Source of the DNA: an uncultured archaeon | GTDB taxonomy: Archaea > Aenigmatarchaeota > Aenigmatarchaeia > QMZP01 > JACQNV01 | Assembly (NCBI GenBank): GCA_964410585.1 | Contig: CAYPFW010000002.1 | Coordinates: 1-64,000, forward strand | DNA length: 64,000 nt | Reading direction: 5' to 3' | Shown here: piece by piece, positions 56,738 through 64,000 of the stretch | How the letters are laid out: the number at the start of each line of letters is the position of its first letter | Position numbering within the stretch: position 1 is the first letter of the stretch | Position numbers and translations under genes: made by a program | The notes under the pieces: generated by a model | What the model was told of the DNA's origin: nothing | What the model saw: only the letters and a program-made list of their open reading frames with translations | Databases searched by the model: none

Positions 56738-56872
56738 ATGCACTTTACACTTGAAACAATTGTGAAAATTATTTTAATTTTTCTAGTCCTAATAGGCCTT
56801 GTTTTGTTGCTAAACACTATAAGTGGAGGATCACTAAATATATTAGATAAGTTAATGGCTTTGGGAAGGTAA
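56738..56872 (+). CDS. Micro pilin-like membrane peptide (44 aa)
   Basis: MHFTLETIVKIILIFLVLIGLVLLLNTISGGSLNILDKLMALGR. Confidence 0.75.
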   Translation: MHFTLETIVKIILIFLVLIGLVLLLNTISGGSLNILDKLMALGR

Positions 56873-56874
56873 AT

Positions 56875-57024
56875 ATGGAAACACCAATAAAAATAGTCAT
56901 CCTCGCAATTGTGATTTTGATAATCTTGGCTATTTCAGTTATGTTTATAACAAACTTAGGAAAGTCAGGGGAGGATACATTGTCCTTCTTCTATAAATGG
57001 CTTTCTGGAAGTGTGAGATTCTAA
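56875..57024 (+). CDS. Micro pilin-like membrane peptide (49 aa)
   Basis: METPIKIVILAIVILIILAISVMFITNLGKSGEDTLSFFYKWLSGSVRF. Confidence 0.75.
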   Translation: METPIKIVILAIVILIILAISVMFITNLGKSGEDTLSFFYKWLSGSVRF

Positions 57025-57135
57025 CCTAAATCAATCTCAAGATGTGGGTTGTAAGTTGATTAAGTGCTGTAAAACGGTGAGGATTTCTTAGTTGTTTTAA
57101 ACTAATTTATAAGGGGGTTCAAACAATAATCTACT

Positions 57136-57378
57136 ATGAAAGGTTTATCAGAAACAATGGTGATTATCATCACAGTTGTTGTTATTCTAGTTGCTGCTTT
57201 GGTCTTGCTTTCAATATTCAGTGGCACAATTGGACCAATTGGCCCTCAAGTTGATTGCCAAAGAGATTGTAGCTTTGCCAAATTGCAATGTAAAGCTGGA
57301 TCTACAGGAACAGCTCCTGGATGGACATCTGAAATGCAGAGCAAGTGTCCGAACTTACAGTGTACTTGTGGGGCTTAG
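57136..57378 (+). CDS. Class III signal peptide pilin-like protein with a Cys-rich tail
   Basis: MKG/LSETMVIII plus hydrophobic helix; six Cys. Confidence 0.85.
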   Translation: MKGLSETMVIIITVVVILVAALVLLSIFSGTIGPIGPQVDCQRDCSFAKLQCKAGSTGTAPGWTSEMQSKCPNLQCTCGA

Positions 57379-57555
57379 TTCTTTTTGGTTTTTAGGCATT
57401 TTCTAAATTTAGTTTTAGCTCTGCCAAGAACCAATATACCCAAAATTCTATCTAATTAAATAACCAGAAAGGACAATATATTGAATAGATACATCCTTTT
57501 AGGTTTTCAATTATACTAAACGAAAGTTCCAAAAGATGTGTCAGCACTATACTTT

Positions 57556-58185
57556 ATGAAAGGCACAGCCGGTATACCTTCATACATGATTCTGATAATA
57601 GGGTCAATTGCATTTGGGCTTCTTGTACTTTGGCAGGGTTATCTTTTTACTGTCGGTAGTCTTCATGGATTATGTTGGCAAAGTACTTTAGAGGGACTTC
57701 AAAAAATACAAGGTGAAGCATCTTCTCTTGAAATTGGTCAGTCAAGAAATGTTTTTGTAGAATTTGGTGATTGTACAGATGCTGTTATTATAATGAATAG
57801 GGAGCAATTTGAGACAACACTGGTTCAAATTGGAGGAAGTGCAGACACTAAATTTTCATGTCTTGAAGGCGTAAAGACTACCTTAGCGGCTGTTAAAAAA
57901 GTAGAAGATTCACCTTCATGGGTTGATTTAACAAAAGCTTTGGCACAGTCAGATAGGAAGACAATAGAGCAGTGGACAAGGGCTTATGCGGGCCTTGACA
58001 AAGCAACACACTGTACTCAATTAAAGTGTGCAAACTGTACATTAACTGGAAAAGGCTTGACTCTGCAGATATCATCAAAGTCAGACAAGTATTGTTTCAA
58101 CATCAAAAGAGAATCCAAATTAGAGTACACAGTAAGAGCAGATACTGTTGAAAAAGAAGACAGGTGCCTAATAGATGCCTCATAA
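57556..58185 (+). CDS. Class III signal peptide pilin-like protein
   Basis: MKG/TAGIPSYMILII. Confidence 0.78.
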   Translation: MKGTAGIPSYMILIIGSIAFGLLVLWQGYLFTVGSLHGLCWQSTLEGLQKIQGEASSLEIGQSRNVFVEFGDCTDAVIIMNREQFETTLVQIGGSADTKFSCLEGVKTTLAAVKKVEDSPSWVDLTKALAQSDRKTIEQWTRAYAGLDKATHCTQLKCANCTLTGKGLTLQISSKSDKYCFNIKRESKLEYTVRADTVEKEDRCLIDAS

Positions 58186-58192
58186 GCAATAT

Positions 58193-58591
58193 ATGAAAGG
58201 ATTTGCATTAACCGAGTATATACTAACAATAGGCTTGCTTATTGTAGAAGTAATTCTTTTGTCAATGTTCACAGTTAACTTTTTAATTCCTGGGATAAAT
58301 GCAGCTGAGGTCATAGAATCTGTTTCTTTGGGAAATTCAATTGCAACAACAGCAAATGCGCTCTCTGTTCAAGATGAAGGTGAAATAAAACTGACATTTT
58401 CCCGAGATTTTCTAATAACAGCAGGAATAGAAAACAAGAAAAACTACATTTTGGTCACTGGATCTGGAGAAGACAAAAATGAAAACAAAGTTTTCCTTGA
58501 AGCAAAGCTAAAAAACCTGATACAAAAAAATACAAAAACACTGACACTTAGGAAAACAGGCGGAAGCGATTTGGTAGAGGTGCTTGCATGA
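58193..58591 (+). CDS. Class III signal peptide pilin-like protein
   Basis: MKG/FALTEYILTI. Confidence 0.8.
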   Translation: MKGFALTEYILTIGLLIVEVILLSMFTVNFLIPGINAAEVIESVSLGNSIATTANALSVQDEGEIKLTFSRDFLITAGIENKKNYILVTGSGEDKNENKVFLEAKLKNLIQKNTKTLTLRKTGGSDLVEVLA

Positions 58592-58962
58592 AAGGGTCTG
58601 TTGACATTTTCCAAACAATGATTGCTGCAGCTATAGTAGCAGTTGGTTTTGTGATTGTGATAATGTTTATAGGAGAGGTCACAGTCTTCAATGCAGAGGT
58701 AACAAAGCCGTCAATAGAAACAGTGCAGCTCATAGACAAAACACACCAAGTAGAAAACTGCCTAAATGAGCCGAGTGTTAATGAGCTTCAAACAAAACTA
58801 AAGGAGTGCAAATTGGATTCTGAGTATGTTGAGCTTTCAGATTTGTCAGGAAAGGTTTGGAAAGAAGGCCAAAAATCAGAGGGGCAAAGAGAGCACACAA
58901 TTTGGATTAATATAAAAAATGGAGGCGCCGTTGAGATGGCAAGATTGTATGTCAAAGTTTAA
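58588..58962 (+). CDS. Class III signal peptide pilin-like protein
   Basis: MKG/SVDIFQTMIAA. Confidence 0.78.
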   Translation: MKGSVDIFQTMIAAAIVAVGFVIVIMFIGEVTVFNAEVTKPSIETVQLIDKTHQVENCLNEPSVNELQTKLKECKLDSEYVELSDLSGKVWKEGQKSEGQREHTIWINIKNGGAVEMARLYVKV

Positions 58963-59362
58963 AGGCGGTTTTGTCACAACTGTATCAATTTTCTTTTTCC
59001 TAGTTTTTGGATTAATGTTGTTTATTGGAATAAAGGGCGTGCTCGCACAGTTCATAATATCTGCGCAAACTGATTTTAAAATAACTCTAAAAGCAGATGA
59101 TAGAGGGACACAAATTCTCTCTTTTTTGAATTCAGAAAGAAGTGGAGTGAAAAATATTGAAATTCTTGGCTATTTTGATACACCTAATTCAGATTTATCA
59201 GGGGTTGAAAAAGGCTTGGAAAAAATAAGGTCAGTTGAGGGAAAAAATTTCACTCTAAATGTTGTGAACAAAAAATCCTTTGGGGAGGGAACAGGAGAAA
59301 AGGCCTATGTTGATATTCCTTTGCCTGGAGGAAAAATTGGAGGGATAGAACTGATTTCATGA
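58949..59362 (+). CDS. Class III signal peptide pilin-like protein
   Basis: MSKFKG/GFVTTVSIFFF. Confidence 0.72.
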   Translation: MSKFKGGFVTTVSIFFFLVFGLMLFIGIKGVLAQFIISAQTDFKITLKADDRGTQILSFLNSERSGVKNIEILGYFDTPNSDLSGVEKGLEKIRSVEGKNFTLNVVNKKSFGEGTGEKAYVDIPLPGGKIGGIELIS

Positions 59363-60396
59363 AAGGGTTTACAGAGGCCTTGCCTCTTGTGTTTTGTGTA
59401 GCAATTGCAATAGCAGCTGTATATACATATGGGCTAGCTGTTGGGGTGAATGATAATGTTGTCAAAAAACCAATAGCAATTGAAAAGGATATATATCTTC
59501 TTGGAAACTCTTTGGAATATTCTAAGCTTTTCCTTGATACGGCCTTAAAATATTCGACATACCAAGCCCTTTACGATCCTTTGGAGTCAACTTTGCCGAC
59601 AAAGGAGGAATTCCAAACCATTCTTTCTGAAAAAATAAACCAAAACCTAAACAAGTATACTGAAAAGAACATTGTTTTCTTCGACAAAAGCCATGAGGTT
59701 GATTTGCCAAAATATGATAAGACAGAAGTTGTTTTGGAAAACCAGACATTTAAAATAAAATCAAGAGGAGAGAAAATTAAGGTTTCACAGGATGCACCAA
59801 CTGAAAAAATCAGCCTTGGAAAAGACAGTTCAGTTGGGTTTGAATTGAAATACGCTCTGTTTGATGAGGCTCAGAATTTTGTAAAACAAAAAACACTGGA
59901 AAGCGAATTAACAAGTTTGATCAATACATTCCCAGCAACAGGAGAAATGAAATTATCTGGTTGTGAAAACAGGGAAAAGGAAACCGAGGATTTTGATGTG
60001 TTTAATTCTGTATATGGATCTGAATATGCTTCGCTTGCAGATGCTGAATCAGGAGTTTTGGCAAAGCTAACAGAAGAGGCAAGTAAGCTGATTTCAAAAC
60101 AATCAACAAACACAACAAAGTGGGAGTTTTTTGTTTTAGGTAAACCAACAAAAAGCATAATAGCAAATTGTCAAACAAAAAAAGACGATATGTGTGAAAA
60201 CAATCAATCCTATTCATATACTAAGACATGCGGTTTTGAATATTCTTACCAAATAAACTCTTCAATACAACTCACAGATTTGACAAACAAATATCCTGTT
60301 GAAAGTGGCACGCTTTTGGATAAAAAAGTATCGCTGGAAAATCTTAGACTAAATTTTATAGAGGTTTTGGACTTGAAATCAAATTCAGTTATTTAA
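59359..60396 (+). CDS. Large class III signal peptide protein (minor pilin/adhesin-like)
   Basis: MKG/FTEALPLVF plus a large polar domain. Confidence 0.78.
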   Translation: MKGFTEALPLVFCVAIAIAAVYTYGLAVGVNDNVVKKPIAIEKDIYLLGNSLEYSKLFLDTALKYSTYQALYDPLESTLPTKEEFQTILSEKINQNLNKYTEKNIVFFDKSHEVDLPKYDKTEVVLENQTFKIKSRGEKIKVSQDAPTEKISLGKDSSVGFELKYALFDEAQNFVKQKTLESELTSLINTFPATGEMKLSGCENREKETEDFDVFNSVYGSEYASLADAESGVLAKLTEEASKLISKQSTNTTKWEFFVLGKPTKSIIANCQTKKDDMCENNQSYSYTKTCGFEYSYQINSSIQLTDLTNKYPVESGTLLDKKVSLENLRLNFIEVLDLKSNSVI

Positions 60397-60430
60397 GTTG
60401 TAATGCTCAGTATTTCAAAGAGGTTATGTT

Positions 60431-60724
60431 ATGGCAGAAGAACAGAAAAAATCAAAGGCACCAGACGACACAATACTTGTAGGACAAAAACCAACAATGG
60501 CTTATGTGCTTGCAATAATAACCCAATTTTCAGAAGGGATACCAACAGTGCATGTGAAAGCAAGAGGACGAGTTATTTCAAAAGCAGTTGACGTGGCCGA
60601 AGTTATCAGGAACAAATTCATGAAGGATCTGAAATACACAGTAACTATAGGCACAGAAAAAATACAAGGCGAAGAAGGCGGCAAGTTCAATGTATCCACA
60701 ATTGACATTGTCTTAACAAAGTAG
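60431..60724 (+). CDS. albA: DNA/RNA-binding protein Alba
   Basis: VG.KP.M.YVLA, KARGR.ISKAVDVAE, VS.I.I.L. Confidence 0.97.
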   Translation: MAEEQKKSKAPDDTILVGQKPTMAYVLAIITQFSEGIPTVHVKARGRVISKAVDVAEVIRNKFMKDLKYTVTIGTEKIQGEEGGKFNVSTIDIVLTK

Positions 60725-60858
60725 TTTTATGAAATTTGCATACACCTAATTCCTTTCTTTAGAAAAGAAAGGTCTTAGGGAACTCCAAAGAAACTATTAT
60801 AGAGAATAAAAACCTAAGGCTCACCAAAAAGAAAACAATTACAAAATAGAAAAAATCT

Positions 60859-61689
60859 ATGAAATTCGCATACCATAATTCTGGTTTTGAAAAAGCAGAG
60901 CTGGTTTTGTTTGGTTTGCCAGATGAGAAAGGTTCTCAAGCCCAAAGGACAGGAGTGGACAAAGGACCTAATTCTATAAGAAAAGCATCGCAGAGGAATG
61001 TTTACAAATTCAAAGGCGGCCAAGCAATATACGAGCCCGAAATAGGAAGGTTCAACAAAAGCCTCTACGATTTTGGAAATGTAAAAAGGTCAGATTTAGC
61101 AAAAATATTCCCAAAACTTGGAAAAAAAATTCCAATTTTTCTTGGCGGCGATCATTCCATAACATTGGACATACTAAAAAAATTTAAACAAGATAAAATT
61201 TCCTTAGTATATTTAGATGCACATCCTGATGCAACAAACTCAAAAAAACCCTACTATGGATCTGTGATAAGTGATTTAGCTCAGTTAAAAAACATAGACA
61301 TGAAATCCAGCATATTAATCGGTGCAAGGGCTGCAACAGATGAGGAAAATTTTTCACTGGAAGAATTTGGTTTGAAAACAATAAGGCCGCAGGATTTAGA
61401 GGAAAGAGGAATAAAACACGTCTTAAATGAGATAAAGGGGACAGTGGGAAAACATATTTACCTTTCAATTGATTTGGATGCATGCGATCCTGCTTTTGCT
61501 CCTGGAGTATCTTCTCCTGTTCCTGGTGGTTTGACAAGCAGGGAACTTATTTGTATTTCAAGACATGTTGCAAAGCTTGGTCTTGTTGGTTTTGATATTG
61601 TTGAGCATACACCAAAGTATGATGTTCAAGAAATGACAGCCCATTTGGCCTCTAATTTAATTTTAGAAATTGTTTCAAACCTTCCTTAA
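60859..61689 (+). CDS. Agmatinase/arginase-family ureohydrolase
   Basis: GP..IRKAS, GGDHSIT, DAHPD, SIDLDACDP.FAPG. Confidence 0.92.
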   Translation: MKFAYHNSGFEKAELVLFGLPDEKGSQAQRTGVDKGPNSIRKASQRNVYKFKGGQAIYEPEIGRFNKSLYDFGNVKRSDLAKIFPKLGKKIPIFLGGDHSITLDILKKFKQDKISLVYLDAHPDATNSKKPYYGSVISDLAQLKNIDMKSSILIGARAATDEENFSLEEFGLKTIRPQDLEERGIKHVLNEIKGTVGKHIYLSIDLDACDPAFAPGVSSPVPGGLTSRELICISRHVAKLGLVGFDIVEHTPKYDVQEMTAHLASNLILEIVSNLP

Positions 61690-62384
61690 TCGTCTGATGT
61701 TTTTATTTGTGCTATAAGGTCTTCGTATGATTTTTGTGTTTCAATAAAATCCATTTTTTCCAAATCCATTAAACAGTATCTTCTTGTTTTTTTGTTGTAA
61801 ATCATAATACCAGAAGGTCTTCCTTCAAACTCTCCAAACACAATTGTGTCGATATCTATTTCAGGGTCTATGTCAAAATTACCAGAAACAGCAGCTATTG
61901 CCGCTAATCCCAAAGGCCTTGGTATGCCTTTTGCAAATTCTGTCCAAATTTTACCCTTTACTCTCCTCAAAGCCAGATATGTGCCTATAACCTTATACCT
62001 GAATTCTAAACTTTGACTTGACTTAATAACTAGCTGATTTTCATATCCGGGAACATCTTGTTTTATCCTTCCGGAATTTTCGATTCTTATTGTGTCGTTT
62101 CCTATGCTGATTTTTCTCAGTTTGCCTTGGCCCAAAACCGGAAAATAAGATCTCCCAAGTTGGTCTGTTTCCCTTACCCCAAACTCTTCATCTGATTGAT
62201 AGTTTAGAAGCCTAGATCTCAGCGTTGAAAGAAACCTATCGCCTTGTCCAAAAAGAATGTCTGAAAAATAGTATGGTTTCTCTTGCTCTACTACTTGAGC
62301 TGGTGGTTCTGGAATTTTTTGTGAAGTATGGCATGTTGTGGCCAAAACCAAACTCCCTAAAAGCAAATTCCTAATATATCTCAT
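61686..62384 (-). CDS. Hypothetical secreted/lipoprotein
   Basis: N-terminal signal with Cys (LVLATTC). Confidence 0.65.
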   Translation of the reverse strand: MRYIRNLLLGSLVLATTCHTSQKIPEPPAQVVEQEKPYYFSDILFGQGDRFLSTLRSRLLNYQSDEEFGVRETDQLGRSYFPVLGQGKLRKISIGNDTIRIENSGRIKQDVPGYENQLVIKSSQSLEFRYKVIGTYLALRRVKGKIWTEFAKGIPRPLGLAAIAAVSGNFDIDPEIDIDTIVFGEFEGRPSGIMIYNKKTRRYCLMDLEKMDFIETQKSYEDLIAQIKTSDD

Positions 62385-62399
62385 TATTTATCTTCTCAA

Positions 62400-63173
62400 T
62401 TAGTTTTTTATTCTTTGCATGAGGCTTTTGGTTTGCTTTTGAGAAAAACCAATTAGAGGCCTAAATGTAAGTGTGTTATCCTTCCAATTTTCGAGTTTTG
62501 TATCGCCTTTGATCAAGGGCAGGTTTTCTTTTTCTCCAAAAATTAAAGGCTTTCCTGAATTCCACTTTTCCAAATCTTTTGCTAATTCTACTTTTCCTGA
62601 AAAAACAACCTCGCAGCCTCTTTTCATAAATAGCCAAGATGCTATAGTGTCGTTTTCGTTTTCGACAAAACAACCAACTTTCCCAGCTGTGCCTATAGGA
62701 AGACCACCTGAGCCTTGGAAAATGTCTGTATACAAGTATGCATCTTTGTTTCTAATATCAATAGAAACTGTCTTGTCTGGTTTTGATAAGTTCACTTTGT
62801 TCGCAAACTTTTCGAGAAGCGAGCTTCCTATATTTTTTTCAATATCTTGCGAGGAATATTCGTGGTTGCCTATCCTATTGCATCTAACTGCAAAAGTTTC
62901 GCCCTTTTTGAGCTTGATTTTTTCTAGACAAAGGTTTTTTATATCATCCAAAGAAGAAGATGTTTTCCAGCATGGAGAAAAAGAGACAACACCGAAAACT
63001 CTCTTCAGTGGGTCTATATACTCTGATTCAACCAAAAATCTACCATAAATATTTGCTACTTTGGCTTCTTTTCCCAAAACATTTTTTATGTTTTTGAGCA
63101 AAATATCCTCAAACTTTCTTCTGACTGTTTTAGACTTCAGTGCAAGTTCGCCGTATCGTATTAGGTACAACAT
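62400..63173 (-). CDS. THUMP-domain ThiI-like protein lacking an intact PP-loop
   Basis: IRYGELALKS..VR..FE, VFGVVSFS, VNL..PD, G.GGLP.GT, MKRG, RPLIG; SGGxDS is absent. Confidence 0.85.
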   Translation of the reverse strand: MLYLIRYGELALKSKTVRRKFEDILLKNIKNVLGKEAKVANIYGRFLVESEYIDPLKRVFGVVSFSPCWKTSSSLDDIKNLCLEKIKLKKGETFAVRCNRIGNHEYSSQDIEKNIGSSLLEKFANKVNLSKPDKTVSIDIRNKDAYLYTDIFQGSGGLPIGTAGKVGCFVENENDTIASWLFMKRGCEVVFSGKVELAKDLEKWNSGKPLIFGEKENLPLIKGDTKLENWKDNTLTFRPLIGFSQKQTKSLMQRIKN

Positions 63174-63268
63174 ATATCTGCTGTGGTTCTAGGATATTTA
63201 AATAATTCAAACAATTATATCGATCAGCACCCGAACTGGCGATTATGGTATGTAATCGCTTTTCGTTT

Positions 63269-63362
63269 GCAGGGTTGGCCGAGGGGCAAGGCGATCGTTT
63301 GGTGAAAGATCCAAATCGAAACTGCAGATCGATTCAGACGAGTTCGACTCTCGTACCCTGCT
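63269..63362 (+). tRNA. tRNA-Cys(GCA) with a 23-nt intron in the anticodon stem (30/31; 63298..63320)
   Basis: Acceptor GCAGGGT/ACCCTGC, U73; spliced ATCGA-CTGCAGA-TCGAT; BHB with CGAT/ATCG central helix and 3-nt bulges. Confidence 0.93.
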
Positions 63363-63379
63363 TTTTTTATCAAAAAGGT

Positions 63380-64000
63380 CTAGTTTTGACTCTTATTATA
63401 TTCCCAATATGTGGTTGGTAACTTTAGTATTTTTAGTCTTGATAGAATGTTAGTTTGAGGTGGGCAATATTTCAGTTTTTTCCATATAAGATATCGTGTT
63501 AAATGAACGGGGTTTTTGAAATTTATTTCTTTCATCCACTTATTCAAGTTTTCTTTTCCATTGATTTGAATTTTCATATGATTATTATTAGTTTTCAATC
63601 CAATTTTTCTAAGATGATTTGAAACATCCTTTATAAATTCTGGGTTATTGTGTAGTTTTATTTCTATAACAGGATAGGAATTATTTTTGTATGTGCCCCG
63701 CTTAGCGAAAAATAGAGATCCGTCTGTATCTGTTAGTCCTCTAATAAAAGGTGTTATGAATTTTCTATTTGTCGAAATCCATTTTGGAATTTTTAGTCTA
63801 TAAGCCTTTTTCCCAGCAGGCATTCCGCTTCGAAGTAAAAATTGTGATATCGCTTTGGATTCTATTTCTACTTCTATTTGTCCTTGATCGTATCTAAATC
63901 TGGGTTTAGTATTCGTGTTAAAAAGTTTTTTAATCAATGTGTTTACGTAGTCTAAGTAAAATAAATCCTCTGTTATATTTAGACCTATAGCTAATTTATG
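63380..64000 (-). CDS. LAGLIDADG endonuclease-like protein (5' end beyond the window)
   Basis: G...GKK....KIP.W, FIRGLTDTDGSL, YPVIEI; the frame stays open to the window edge. Confidence 0.88.
   Translation of the reverse strand, partial: HKLAIGLNITEDLFYLDYVNTLIKKLFNTNTKPRFRYDQGQIEVEIESKAISQFLLRSGMPAGKKAYRLKIPKWISTNRKFITPFIRGLTDTDGSLFFAKRGTYKNNSYPVIEIKLHNNPEFIKDVSNHLRKIGLKTNNNHMKIQINGKENLNKWMKEINFKNPVHLTRYLIWKKLKYCPPQTNILSRLKILKLPTTYWEYNKSQN

Overview
This 64-kb window is AT-rich archaeal chromosomal DNA, most consistent with a small-genome DPANN-type archaeon (inferred from gene content: TFB, Alba, L35Ae, L40e, RFC small subunit, PINA, Trm1, archaeal-type ThrRS, many ORFans, pilin-like genes). 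It carries housekeeping genes (HisRS, SerRS, ThrRS, IMPDH, pyruvate dehydrogenase E1a/E1b/E2 plus lipoate ligase), five tRNA genes, two toxin-antitoxin pairs, two LAGLIDADG endonucleases and a pilin cluster. No CRISPR array or rRNA was seen. Most unusual: (1) a complete tRNA-His sequence lying inside an AbrB-family ORF whose stop overlaps the start of a short hisG, followed by hisS; (2) a dispersed family of covarying palindromic modules that also make up non-canonical tRNA introns (four of the five tRNAs have such introns); (3) a free-standing LAGLIDADG gene sitting between an HDAC gene and an orphan second HDAC 3' end; (4) an intact sigma-54 enhancer-binding protein in an archaeon; (5) a SNAP-like/appendage-like plus SPFH plus Zn-finger operon; (6) two apparent whole-gene in-frame insertions (YeaK-like deacylase in ThrRS, TIM barrel in Trm5). 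All family calls come from reading motifs by eye; no database searches were run.
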